A DNA stretch of 54,166 bases from Gammaproteobacteria bacterium (GTDB lineage Bacteria > Pseudomonadota > Gammaproteobacteria > Pseudomonadales > Azotimanducaceae), in the NCBI GenBank assembly GCA_018645845.1, contig JABGVY010000132.1, positions 1 to 54,166 on the forward strand, in the 5' to 3' direction. Positions 35,332-44,571 of this stretch are shown piece after piece (position 1 is the first letter of the stretch; each line of letters starts with the position of its first letter). Made by a program: the position numbers and the translations under genes. The notes under the pieces are model-generated. The model had not been told where the DNA came from. It searched no databases and saw only the letters and a program-made list of their open reading frames with translations.

Positions 35332-36987
35332 ATGCCTGAACTATTTATTGCGGGGTCAGCTTCAGTTACGTCGAATGAAGAGCCATTACAGCCGCAAAAA
35401 AAATCTGCCGAAGGGAACGATAGTTTCTCAAAACTGCTTGAGTCAGGTGTAGAAGAAACTAAAAAAAGTGTTGAATTACAAGAAGATAGCGTAATTTCCG
35501 CAGTGTCTGGCGATAACCGCGAAGTCACCGAAGCCGCTGTTGATGCTTCAGATGTAGTGAGTTTAGTGCCTGGCGATGTAGATGATGTAAACCTTATCAA
35601 GCCGTATATTGGTAGTCCCGATGAAAATAGCGGGAGGCAAAAATTGCCACCAGCCGGCGATTTCTTACCGCAAACCGGAAGGGTTGCACATGCAGCGCCC
35701 TTGGCCAGACCATTGCTCGAAGCAGAAGCAACACCCGCTGAGCTGACGATCAAGGACATAGACCCTGCTGTAGGATCATCATTGAATGCGGAAAGAACAA
35801 TCCCCGAGTTGACGCTTAACGGGTCTTCACCGGAAGGGGCTGCTAACGCCGTTGGTACCGCTAGATTGGACACAAGTTCTATGTCGAAGCCGGTACCATC
35901 GATCGAGGCGACGCTGCGGGAAACTCTTCCTGTAGAGGGAAGAATGGCGACGAGTAGCCTGCAACCCAAGAGTCGCGTTGATGAACCGGTACTTAACTCC
36001 GCCAATTTTGCCGTTCCAACAGAGCGATCAGCGAGTGTGCAGCCAATTCCTGGCTTGATGGGTCAGATGGCAGGAAAGACCTTGGGAGCCGACAAATATG
36101 AGCCCGGAGCCCGAGAGTTGGCGCTATCTAGCCGATTTCTCTCTGCCGGACCGCCGATGCAACCCAGTGAGCCTAAGTCTGTGATTAAGGCTATAAGAGA
36201 AACAAGCCTGAACGACCTGCCCGTTGTGGGGACCCGGGGTTGGCTGAGTTCAGGTGATCAAGGCAGGATCCAGGTTGAGCGAGCAATTGGTTCTATAGAA
36301 CAGAGCTTGCCTGTGCCACCAGCGATCGGTCGGAGTCAGCTAAATATGGCAGCGCCAGTCTTGGCTGACGCGGCAATGCTTGAGTCACCAACAGTATTAC
36401 CCCAGCAGGCGGCCCCAGCTTTATCTCATGCGGCGATGTTTGAATCACCAACAGCTTTAACCCAGCAAATAGCGTCAGCCTCGCCTCATGCGGCGATGTT
36501 TGAATCACCAACAGCTTTAGCCCAGCAAACAGCGCCAGCCTTGGTTACTGCATTAAAGTCTCCTTTTACCGTACCCAACACTCAGGTATGGGTCGGTGAA
36601 ATGCGTGAAAAGATAGATATGGTCCTGGCCAGTCAGCGAAATGAAATTGAACTGAAACTTTCACCGGCGAATCTGGGCAAGATCGAAGTGCTGATTCGGC
36701 GGGACGATGACCAAACCGCGCTGACCTTCTTTGTTAAAAACCCAGAGGTTCGCGAAACGCTGGAGCAAGGACTTGCGAGATTGCATCGAAATCTCTCAGA
36801 GCAAGGTTTAACCATGGGCGATACGACCGTATCTGACCAGACTTTGGACGAGCACCGAGACTCGGAGTCTGTCAGGGCCCTCCCTGATGAAAGCAGCGAA
36901 GAAGTGGCTAACTCACTTCATTCTGATTTGCCGGGCTCTACTGCTGTCACCAGCACACCGATAGGGCTAGTCAACACCTGGGCCTGA
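35332..36987 (+). CDS. fliK: Flagellar hook-length control protein FliK
   Basis: About 551 aa. The N-terminal part is Pro/Ser/Ala-rich and probably disordered. The conserved C-terminal FliK domain is present (EIELKLSPANLGKIEVLIRRDDDQTALTFFVKNPEVRETLEQGLARLHRNLSEQG). Confidence 0.85.
   Translation: MPELFIAGSASVTSNEEPLQPQKKSAEGNDSFSKLLESGVEETKKSVELQEDSVISAVSGDNREVTEAAVDASDVVSLVPGDVDDVNLIKPYIGSPDENSGRQKLPPAGDFLPQTGRVAHAAPLARPLLEAEATPAELTIKDIDPAVGSSLNAERTIPELTLNGSSPEGAANAVGTARLDTSSMSKPVPSIEATLRETLPVEGRMATSSLQPKSRVDEPVLNSANFAVPTERSASVQPIPGLMGQMAGKTLGADKYEPGARELALSSRFLSAGPPMQPSEPKSVIKAIRETSLNDLPVVGTRGWLSSGDQGRIQVERAIGSIEQSLPVPPAIGRSQLNMAAPVLADAAMLESPTVLPQQAAPALSHAAMFESPTALTQQIASASPHAAMFESPTALAQQTAPALVTALKSPFTVPNTQVWVGEMREKIDMVLASQRNEIELKLSPANLGKIEVLIRRDDDQTALTFFVKNPEVRETLEQGLARLHRNLSEQGLTMGDTTVSDQTLDEHRDSESVRALPDESSEEVANSLHSDLPGSTAVTSTPIGLVNTWA
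36367..36546 (+). repeat. 3 x 60-bp in-frame tandem repeat inside fliK (20-aa units)
   Basis: The units are 36367-36426 (diverged), 36427-36486 and 36487-36546 (near-identical). They encode DAAMLESPTVLPQQAAPALS / HAAMFESPTALTQQIASASP / HAAMFESPTALAQQTAPALV. Confidence 0.9.
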
Positions 36988-37032
36988 CGAGAACCCGTCT
37001 GGTCAACACCTGGGCCTGACGAGAATCCGTCT
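36969..37032 (+). repeat. 2 x 32-bp tandem duplication spanning the fliK stop codon
   Basis: (A/G)GTCAACACCTGGGCCTGACGAGAA(C/T)CCGTCT occurs twice, at 36969-37000 and 37001-37032. The first copy contains the fliK TGA (36985-36987). Confidence 0.85.
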
Positions 37033-37115
37033 AGGCTGCCCCTGCCAGGTGTCGAATAATCGGCACCTGCCCCTCTGAAAATAGCTAACCTGCTGTTTTT
37101 AAACGAATATAATAG

Positions 37116-37131
37116 TGGCACGACAATTGCA
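37116..37131 (+). promoter_or_regulatory. Sigma54 promoter of the fliL operon
   Basis: TGGCACG-ACAA-TTGCA (exact consensus), 68 nt upstream of the fliL ATG. Confidence 0.75.
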
Positions 37132-37198
37132 TTTAGTCTGATATGTATATTGTTCAAGTTGCTAGTAAAAAAATGCCAGTCGAATTATTCAAGGAGGA

Positions 37199-37678
37199 AT
37201 GCCTGTGCGTTGGTTAATCATTATTGCGTTGTTGCTCGTCACTATCATCGTTGGTTTGGCAACTTTCGCTTACTTAGATCACGAGTTCCTGGGAGAAAAC
37301 AACCCGTTCGCTGGAAAAGAGCTAACGGAAGAGGAGCTAAATGAGGCAAAACTAGATAAACGACCAATTATCTATATTGAAATCCCGCCAATAGTGATCA
37401 ACTTTTTGTCAGCAAAAGGTTTGCGATATGTACAGATCACTATAACCGTGACGACTCGCGACCCCGAATCAAAAAAAGTACTTGAAGACAATAGGCCGCT
37501 GATCCAGAGCGTTGCGTTATCGACGATGTCTGGTTTCACCTTTAAAGAAATACTCGAGCAAGACAAAAAAAAGGAGCTTCTTGTGTTGGCCAGAGAAGCT
37601 TCTCTGCAACGTTTTCTAGCAAACAACATGGAGCCAGAGCTTGGGGAATTTCTCCTGACCGGTTTTGTGGTGCAGTGA
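37199..37678 (+). CDS. fliL: Flagellar basal body-associated protein FliL
   Basis: 159 aa with an AGGAGG SD (37192-37197). A single N-terminal TM segment (WLIIIALLLVTIIVGLATFAYL) is followed by a FliL-like periplasmic domain. Confidence 0.85.
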   Translation: MPVRWLIIIALLLVTIIVGLATFAYLDHEFLGENNPFAGKELTEEELNEAKLDKRPIIYIEIPPIVINFLSAKGLRYVQITITVTTRDPESKKVLEDNRPLIQSVALSTMSGFTFKEILEQDKKKELLVLAREASLQRFLANNMEPELGEFLLTGFVVQ

Positions 37679-37679
37679 T

Positions 37680-38648
37680 ATGAGCAACGAAAGCATTTTA
37701 AGCCCGGAAGAGAAGGACTCGCTGCTAGAGGAGATCGACAAACGACCGATCGATTCAACGGGCACTTATGTTGGTACCGATGGTACGCCCTATAACTTCG
37801 CATCTCCCTCTCATAATCTGTTGTCTTCAGTGCCTAGAATTGAGCAGGCAGTCGAACTGTTCTGCGAAAAGTTTGGCGCGAACGTTAGTAGGCTAATCCG
37901 GCACCATGCCGAGATCGATCAGGAAGAACTTAAGACCCCGTCGCTAAACGATTTTATGAGTAGTCTTCCTCCGGTGGCATATATTAGTTTTTGTAAAATC
38001 CCGCCCTTAAATGGCTATGCGCTTTTTGTTGTTGAATCTTTGCTGCTACACATTTGTGTGGACCGCTATTTTGGCGGTGAGGGCGACGCTAAGAACTTTT
38101 CGGAGTCAAAGAAATATTCACCGCCAGCGGCGAAGCTTGTTGCTCAAATGAACGAAGGCTTCTTGGTAGAGCTGAAAGAAAGCCTCGCTGACATCATTGC
38201 TATCGAACCGTTTCAGGAATATTCCAATTCGAGCCCCGAACTAGCTTCATTGCCGATAGAAAATGAAGACGTCGCTCAGTTTACGTTCAATATTGGCTTC
38301 GCCGGAACCAGCGGCGCCTGCCACTTACTCATCCCTTTTTCGCTTGTTAAGGAGATCAAAGCTCATATCGAGAGTGAAGGTGATTCAGCTTCTCAGGTGG
38401 TGGACACTAACTGGCGAAATGCTATCGAAGCGACGTTACAGCAGACACAGGTAGAGCTAAAGGCCATCGCTCTCGAAAAAAAGATCCCCTTAGGAGACCT
38501 CGTGGGGATAAAGGTGGGTGATCTATTCCCTATTGGCCCACTAGGTGATGTCACATTAAAAGTCGGGAAGGTGGATTTGGCTGTTGGTGTGGCGGGAACT
38601 GCCGAAGGCCAAAACGCAGTGCAAATAACGCAAACCAGGCTCGCTTAA
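37680..38648 (+). CDS. fliM: Flagellar motor switch protein FliM
   Basis: The ATG at 37680 lies 1 nt after the fliL stop. The N-terminus MSNESILSPEEKDSLL resembles the CheY-P binding LSQxEIDALL motif, and a FliM middle domain follows. Confidence 0.9.
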   Translation: MSNESILSPEEKDSLLEEIDKRPIDSTGTYVGTDGTPYNFASPSHNLLSSVPRIEQAVELFCEKFGANVSRLIRHHAEIDQEELKTPSLNDFMSSLPPVAYISFCKIPPLNGYALFVVESLLLHICVDRYFGGEGDAKNFSESKKYSPPAAKLVAQMNEGFLVELKESLADIIAIEPFQEYSNSSPELASLPIENEDVAQFTFNIGFAGTSGACHLLIPFSLVKEIKAHIESEGDSASQVVDTNWRNAIEATLQQTQVELKAIALEKKIPLGDLVGIKVGDLFPIGPLGDVTLKVGKVDLAVGVAGTAEGQNAVQITQTRLA

Positions 38649-38672
38649 CAAACCTCAGTCAAAGGATTTCTA

Positions 38673-39017
38673 ATGGACAACGAACAGAGTAATGAGAACA
38701 CAGGCAAAGCAGATACAGCTTCAGCGGTGGACCCACATCAAGGGGGGGCGAATAACCACACGGGGCTGGATCCGATACTAGACATACAAGTAAAGATGAC
38801 CTTGGAAATCGGCAGTACCTCATTGCCTATCCGAGACCTCCTGAATTTGAGCCAAGGTTCATTGGTCACTCTGGACAGCCTGGTGGGGCAACCACATGAC
38901 GTGCTTGTCAATGGCACGTTGATCGCAAAAGGTGAGGTAGTGGTCACAGATGAAAAATTTGCTATTCGGTTCACTGAGATCGTTAGCCCCAGTGAAAGAA
39001 TCAAGAGTCTGACATAG
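38673..39017 (+). CDS. fliN: Flagellar motor switch protein FliN
   Basis: 114 aa. The SpoA domain is present (LDIQVKMTLEIGSTSLPIRDLLNLSQGSLVTLDSLVGQPHDVLVNGTLIAKGEVVV). Confidence 0.95.
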   Translation: MDNEQSNENTGKADTASAVDPHQGGANNHTGLDPILDIQVKMTLEIGSTSLPIRDLLNLSQGSLVTLDSLVGQPHDVLVNGTLIAKGEVVVTDEKFAIRFTEIVSPSERIKSLT

Positions 39018-39025
39018 GACTGACG

Positions 39026-39484
39026 ATGTTGACCTTAGTTTCTAAACTGTATGCCAAGAAACCCAAATCGAAAATATTTTTGGGCGCGTTGTTGAGTTTT
39101 TTGAGTACACCTCTGGTGGCGGCTCAAAATGAAGTTTTATCGCCGGTTAATCCGGCAAACATTATCCAAATGCTATTCGCTCTTTGCTTGGTCCTGGGGC
39201 TAATTGCCGCATTGGCTTGGCTCGTCAAGAGATTTGGACTCATTCAGGCGCCTAGTTCTTTGAGTATGCGCGTTCTCTCCAGCTTATCGCTGAGCGGAAA
39301 AGAACGTGTAGTGCTCGTAGAAGTTGGTGAGCAACAATTTCTTATTGGTGTTTCTCCTGGCCAAGTTAGCCGTCTTCATACCTTTGACGAGGCCGTTGTG
39401 AGCAGTAGCGAAAGACCACCAGCATTAACCGGGGTCTTACAAAATTTGTTTTCCAATGCATCCAGCGTGGAGTCATCAAAGTGA
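39026..39484 (+). CDS. fliO: Flagellar export protein FliO
   Basis: 152 aa with one central TM segment (LFALCLVLGLIAALAWLV) and LSGKERVVLVEVGEQQFLIGVSPGQV. It sits in the fliN-fliP position. Confidence 0.8.
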   Translation: MLTLVSKLYAKKPKSKIFLGALLSFLSTPLVAAQNEVLSPVNPANIIQMLFALCLVLGLIAALAWLVKRFGLIQAPSSLSMRVLSSLSLSGKERVVLVEVGEQQFLIGVSPGQVSRLHTFDEAVVSSSERPPALTGVLQNLFSNASSVESSK

Positions 39485-40227
39485 GCTACTTGTTGAAAAT
39501 AAGTGTTTTGTTGTTGGGCGTGACGTTCATACCCAGTAGTTTCGCTGCAGATGCATTGGAATTGTTGACCATGAGCCCGGCAGATGACGGGACTCAAAGT
39601 TATTCGACGTCAGTGCAAGTGCTGCTTGTCATGACGATGCTGACAATTTTGCCGGCTCTCTTGATGACCATGACCTCTTTTACCCGAATTATTGTCGTGT
39701 TGGCGATACTCCGCCAGGCTCTGGGGACTGTTCAGACGCCATCTAACCAGATCCTGCTTGGCTTAGCGCTATTTACTTCCCTTTTCATCATGAAGCCTGT
39801 TTTTGAGCAAGCCTATGACAGCGGTATTTCTCCTTATCTTTCGTCAGAAATAACATTAGAGGTTGCGCTGGAAAGAGGGTTTGTGCCACTGCGTGAGTTC
39901 ATGTTTGCCCAAACGAGAGAGACAGACTTGATGATGTTTTCGGAGTTGGCCGGAGAGGCACCTTTTGTTTCTCGCGAAGTGGTTCCTTTAACGGTACTGC
40001 TGCCGTCTTTCTTAACGAGCGAGCTAAAAACAGCTTTTCAAATCGGGTTTCTCATTTTCATACCATTTCTTGTTATCGACCTGGTGGTGGCGAGTGTATT
40101 GATGTCTATGGGGATGATGATGTTATCGCCAATGATTATTTCGTTGCCCTTCAAAATCATGCTGTTTGTACTTATTGACGGCTGGTCACTGGTTTTAGGT
40201 ACGCTTGTAGCGAGTTTTTCTGGATGA
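39481..40227 (+). CDS. fliP: Flagellar export gate protein FliP
   Basis: 248 aa with a GTG start overlapping the fliO stop. FliP signatures are present (MTSFTRIIVVLAILRQALGTVQTPSNQILLGLALF, SELKTAFQIGFLIFIPFLVIDLVVASVLMSMGMMMLSP). Confidence 0.95.
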   Translation: MSYLLKISVLLLGVTFIPSSFAADALELLTMSPADDGTQSYSTSVQVLLVMTMLTILPALLMTMTSFTRIIVVLAILRQALGTVQTPSNQILLGLALFTSLFIMKPVFEQAYDSGISPYLSSEITLEVALERGFVPLREFMFAQTRETDLMMFSELAGEAPFVSREVVPLTVLLPSFLTSELKTAFQIGFLIFIPFLVIDLVVASVLMSMGMMMLSPMIISLPFKIMLFVLIDGWSLVLGTLVASFSG

Positions 40228-40266
40228 ATATTAATCGTCACAAAAGCATAAAAACGGAGCTGGTAC

Positions 40267-40536
40267 ATGAATCCTGAAATCGTGATGGATATCGGTAGGC
40301 ACGCACTTTGGGTTACGGTCATGCTGGCTGCGCCCTTATTGCTTTCAGCCCTGACTGTAGGCTTGATCATTGGCCTGTTCCAGGCCGCGACACAAATTCA
40401 GGAACAGACGCTAAGCTTTATTCCTAAATTGATCTCTTTAGTCGTGGCGTTATTGGTCGGTGGCAATTGGATGATCAATACCCTGGTAGATTTCACCAAG
40501 CGCCTTTTCTTAGACATCCCGGGTTTAATAGGTTGA
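40267..40536 (+). CDS. fliQ: Flagellar export gate protein FliQ
   Basis: 89 aa. LLLSALTVGLIIGLFQAATQIQEQTLSFIPKL. Confidence 0.95.
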   Translation: MNPEIVMDIGRHALWVTVMLAAPLLLSALTVGLIIGLFQAATQIQEQTLSFIPKLISLVVALLVGGNWMINTLVDFTKRLFLDIPGLIG

Positions 40537-40537
40537 T

Positions 40538-41308
40538 ATGCACCTTTCCGCCGATGAAATGTTAGCGCTGGTCAATTCTCTCTATTGGCCGTTCGTTAGA
40601 TTCAGCGCCCTGTTTGTTGTCGCACCGATTTTTGGCGCGCGGAATTTTCCTGTCCAGGCTCGCGTACTTTTAGCCCTGGCATTAGCATTCATGGTGAGGC
40701 CTTTTGTTGAAATTCCTGCGGGGATTAACGCTTTCAGTGTTCCCGGTATGCTGGTAACGGTGACGCAGGTTTTCATAGGTTTAACCATGGGTATCATTTT
40801 GCAGATGGTGTTTGCCGCTGTAGTCATCGCAGGGCAAACTATTGCGACCAGTATGGGGTTAGGTTTTGCCGCAACCGTCGACCCACAAAACGGCGTGCAG
40901 GTTCCTGTCGTCAGTCAGTATTTACTTATTCTTGCGACCCTTATATTCCTGTCCCTCAACGGGCACCTGATTTTAATAGAAACGTTGGTTAAGAGTTTTG
41001 AGCTTTTTCCTGTCAGTTTGCAGCCCTGGCCAGAAAACCTGCCTGGCCACGTAATGAATTGGATTAGTCACATTTTCTCTGGGGCATTGCTTCTCGCGTT
41101 GCCCAGTGTCGCAACAATTTTGCTAGTGAACATCGCGTTTGGCGTGATGACACGAACGGCGCCTCAAATTAATGTTTTTGCCGTCGGCTTTCCGATCACA
41201 ATTGTCGTTGGTTTCATCATGATTCTGATCAGTTTGCCGACGATTACCCCGCTTCTCGAGGGTTTGCTTGAAGACTCTTTCGCCCTATCGTTGACGGTGC
41301 TGGGATAA
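40538..41308 (+). CDS. fliR: Flagellar export gate protein FliR
   Basis: 256 aa polytopic membrane protein, located between fliQ and flhB. Confidence 0.9.
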   Translation: MHLSADEMLALVNSLYWPFVRFSALFVVAPIFGARNFPVQARVLLALALAFMVRPFVEIPAGINAFSVPGMLVTVTQVFIGLTMGIILQMVFAAVVIAGQTIATSMGLGFAATVDPQNGVQVPVVSQYLLILATLIFLSLNGHLILIETLVKSFELFPVSLQPWPENLPGHVMNWISHIFSGALLLALPSVATILLVNIAFGVMTRTAPQINVFAVGFPITIVVGFIMILISLPTITPLLEGLLEDSFALSLTVLG

Positions 41309-41311
41309 CAC

Positions 41312-42448
41312 ATGGCTGAAAACGAAAATTCGCAGGAAAAAACCGAAGAACCCACGCAAAAACGTTTAGACGACTCGAAGAAAAAGGGTCAGGTTGCAAG
41401 GTCCAAGGAGTTTAACGTTCTGCTGTGTCTGCTGGTCTCTGCCGTTCTAATGCTGATGACCGGAAACGCATTGATGAGCAACTTGATCGATTCAATGACC
41501 CAAGGCTTGTCGCTGAGCCCTGAGGTCACGAAAAACCCCGGACATCTTGCGGAGACGGTGATCTCAATCGCCAAGCCTGCTTTTCTGGGAGTTATCCCTC
41601 TTCTTACACTATCTATAGTCGCGATCTTTGCAGGCCCCTTGATAATAGGCGGATGGGCGATGAGTGCTGACAATATTACGCCAAAGTTCGAACGCTTCGA
41701 TCCGATAAAAGGTTTGGGCCGGCTTTTTTCGATGAAGAGTCTGGTCGAATTGGGAAAGTCGATGTTGAAAGTTGTTTTGATCGCCAGTGTCGCCCTGGTA
41801 GTCGTTTATTCCATGTTGCCTGATTTTGTCAATCTGGTGAGTGGAACGCCGAGATCCTCGTTGGGCACGCTCGGAGAGTTGCTGTTGAAGGCCTTTTTCG
41901 CATTGAGCGCAGTTCTGGTTTTGATCGCCGCTATTGATGTTCCCTATCAACTTTGGCATCACAAAGATCAACTGATGATGACCCTGCAGGAAGTCAAGGA
42001 CGAAATGAAAGAGAGCGAGGGTCGCCCCGAAGTAAGGAGTAAGCGGCGTCAAATGCAAATGGAATTGTCTGATAAACGCATGATGGAAGCGGTACCGACC
42101 GCCGATGTCATTATTACGAACCCGACGCACTATGCAGTCGCGCTTCGATATCAGGATGGTTTATCCAATGCGCCCATTGTGGTCGCTAAAGGACAGGATT
42201 GGATTGCATTAAAAATCCGCGAAGTTGCCAAAGCAAACGACGTGCCGATATTTGAAGCGCCACCATTGGCGCGTGCTCTCCATGGCATGGCGAAACTTAA
42301 TCAGGAAATACCCGCAGACCTTTATGAGGCAGTGGCGCAGGTATTGGCTTACATCTACCAGTTGAAAACAATCACGAAATCTAAAGATAAACTGAAAAAG
42401 CCAACCACGTTTAATGTACCCGACACATATATGGAAAATGAAAAATGA
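41312..42448 (+). CDS. flhB: Flagellar export switch protein FlhB
   Basis: 378 aa. N-terminus EKTEEPTQKRLDDSKKKGQVARSKE and the NPTH autocleavage site (ITNPTHYAVAL) are present. Confidence 0.95.
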   Translation: MAENENSQEKTEEPTQKRLDDSKKKGQVARSKEFNVLLCLLVSAVLMLMTGNALMSNLIDSMTQGLSLSPEVTKNPGHLAETVISIAKPAFLGVIPLLTLSIVAIFAGPLIIGGWAMSADNITPKFERFDPIKGLGRLFSMKSLVELGKSMLKVVLIASVALVVVYSMLPDFVNLVSGTPRSSLGTLGELLLKAFFALSAVLVLIAAIDVPYQLWHHKDQLMMTLQEVKDEMKESEGRPEVRSKRRQMQMELSDKRMMEAVPTADVIITNPTHYAVALRYQDGLSNAPIVVAKGQDWIALKIREVAKANDVPIFEAPPLARALHGMAKLNQEIPADLYEAVAQVLAYIYQLKTITKSKDKLKKPTTFNVPDTYMENEK

Positions 42449-44526
42449 TTGCTAACCAGCTAACAGCTCCTACCGTTTCTTCCACTATGTTATACGGTTT
42501 GGGCACGCCTCTGTTGATCGTGATGCTTTTAGCCATGATGGTGTTGCCACTCCCTGCTTTTGTGTTGGATATTCTTTTTACTTTTAATATTGCACTTGCG
42601 CTGATTGTGCTGCTTGCCGCGATTTATGCGTTAAGGCCGCTAGATTTTGGTGCGTTCCCGACAGTTTTGCTGATTGCAACATTGCTCAGGCTGGGCTTGA
42701 ACCTTGCCTCTACTCGAGTGGTTCTCATGTATGGGCACGAGGGCCCAGGAGCTGCAGGACAGGTGATTGAGGCTTTCGGTAGCTTTGTGGTTGGGGGCAA
42801 TTATGCCGTCGGTCTGGTGGTATTCGCTATTTTGGTGATTATTAATTTTATTGTTGTCACCAAGGGAACGGGTCGAGTATCCGAAGTTACAGCCAGGTTC
42901 ACTCTTGATGCCATGCCGGGTAAACAAATGTCGATCGATGCGGACCTTAACGCAGGCGCCATTTCTCAAGAAGAGGCGCGTATAAGAAGGGCGGATATTT
43001 CGAAAGAAGCAGATTTTTACGGAGCGATGGACGGTGCTAGTAAGTTTGTGCGTGGCGACGCTATTGCCGGAATTTTGATTTTGTTCATCAATATTGCAGG
43101 TGGCTTGATTATCGGGATGGTACAACATGACCTGTCTCTAGATGTTGCTGCAGAAAACTACATCCTGCTAACGATCGGAGATGGTCTGGTTGCTCAAGTA
43201 CCCTCGCTGCTGTTATCAACAGCCACGGCGATCGCCGTCACACGGATCTCGGATCCTGCTGAAATGGGTTCTCAAATACTGAGTCAGCTGCTGAACACTC
43301 CAAAGCCTTTATTCGTCGCCGCGATAATTCTCGGGACGCTTGGTCTGGTTCCTGGGATGCCGAATGTGCCTTTCCTCGGATTAGCCATGGCTCTTGCCGG
43401 TATTGGCTATGTGGTTTCGAAAAAAGACGTTGCAAGCCCCGAAATGGCCGACGACCTGATTGCAGAAAAGCCCGTCGAAGATGAAACCTTGGAGTTGGGT
43501 TGGCAGGACGTACCGACCTTGGACGTGATTGGTCTGGAGGTCGGTTACCGTCTGATTCCACTCGTCGATAAAGGACAGGGTGGTGAGTTACTGACACGTA
43601 TTCGTGGTATTCGCAAAAAACTTAGCGAGGATCTGGGCTTTCTTATTCAACCCGTTCACATAAAAGACAATCTGGAGCTGGACCCCCAAAGCTATAAGAT
43701 TGCGTTGATGGGTGTTCCTTACGCAAGCGGTACGGTCTACCCGGGTAAAGAAATGGCCTTAAATGCTGGTCAAGTTTTCGGTGAAATCAAGGGCATCGCT
43801 GCCAAAGACCCTACATTCGGCCTTGATACTGTTTGGATAGACCCAGGGCAAAGAGAGGAGGCTCAGTCGCTGGGCTATACAGTGGTGGATGCGAGTACCG
43901 TGGTTGCCACGCATTTAAGCCAGGTTCTTAAGTCGAATGCTGCGAAATTTTTAGGTCACGATGAAGTCCAGCAACTTCTTGATGGTTTGGCAGGTGTCTC
44001 TCCGAAATTGGTCGAAAGCCTTGTGCCTGATCTCGTTAGCCTTGGTGGTGTTTTAAAAGTTATGCAGAATTTGCTCGAGGAAGGCGTTCCTATTAAGGAT
44101 GTTCGATCGATTGCCGAAGCATTGGCAGAAGGAGCGTCAAAGAGTCAAGATCCCGACACCCTAACAGGAACCGCAAGAATTGCTCTATCTCGCTCTATCT
44201 ATAATGAAATCAATGGGTTAGAGAGCGGTTTGGATGTCATGTGCCTGGCTCCGGAGTTGGAACAGATATTGCATGAATCAGTGGGTGGGGTTCAGTCCGC
44301 CGGAGGCCTTGAACCTAACTTAGCAGAAAGGATGTTGGCGCAGATCAATGAGAATACAGCAACAATGGAAGCACAAGGCAAGACGCCAGTATTACTGGTC
44401 GCGTCGACGTTTCGATTGTGGCTATCTCGCTTACTTCGTAGCAACAATCCAGGCCTATATGTTTTGGCCTATGAGGAAATCCCGGCAGACAAGCAGATTA
44501 AAGTCGTGGTGACAGTTGGAAACTAA
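42445..44526 (+). CDS. flhA: Flagellar export gate protein FlhA
   Basis: 693 aa. It has an N-terminal polytopic domain, the FHIPEP motif region (RFTLDAMPGKQMSIDADLNAG), and a C-terminal cytoplasmic domain. Confidence 0.95.
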   Translation: MIANQLTAPTVSSTMLYGLGTPLLIVMLLAMMVLPLPAFVLDILFTFNIALALIVLLAAIYALRPLDFGAFPTVLLIATLLRLGLNLASTRVVLMYGHEGPGAAGQVIEAFGSFVVGGNYAVGLVVFAILVIINFIVVTKGTGRVSEVTARFTLDAMPGKQMSIDADLNAGAISQEEARIRRADISKEADFYGAMDGASKFVRGDAIAGILILFINIAGGLIIGMVQHDLSLDVAAENYILLTIGDGLVAQVPSLLLSTATAIAVTRISDPAEMGSQILSQLLNTPKPLFVAAIILGTLGLVPGMPNVPFLGLAMALAGIGYVVSKKDVASPEMADDLIAEKPVEDETLELGWQDVPTLDVIGLEVGYRLIPLVDKGQGGELLTRIRGIRKKLSEDLGFLIQPVHIKDNLELDPQSYKIALMGVPYASGTVYPGKEMALNAGQVFGEIKGIAAKDPTFGLDTVWIDPGQREEAQSLGYTVVDASTVVATHLSQVLKSNAAKFLGHDEVQQLLDGLAGVSPKLVESLVPDLVSLGGVLKVMQNLLEEGVPIKDVRSIAEALAEGASKSQDPDTLTGTARIALSRSIYNEINGLESGLDVMCLAPELEQILHESVGGVQSAGGLEPNLAERMLAQINENTATMEAQGKTPVLLVASTFRLWLSRLLRSNNPGLYVLAYEEIPADKQIKVVVTVGN

Positions 44527-44571
44527 ACTCGATAGATAACACCACCTAGCAGAATGAAAACGGAGTGATGA

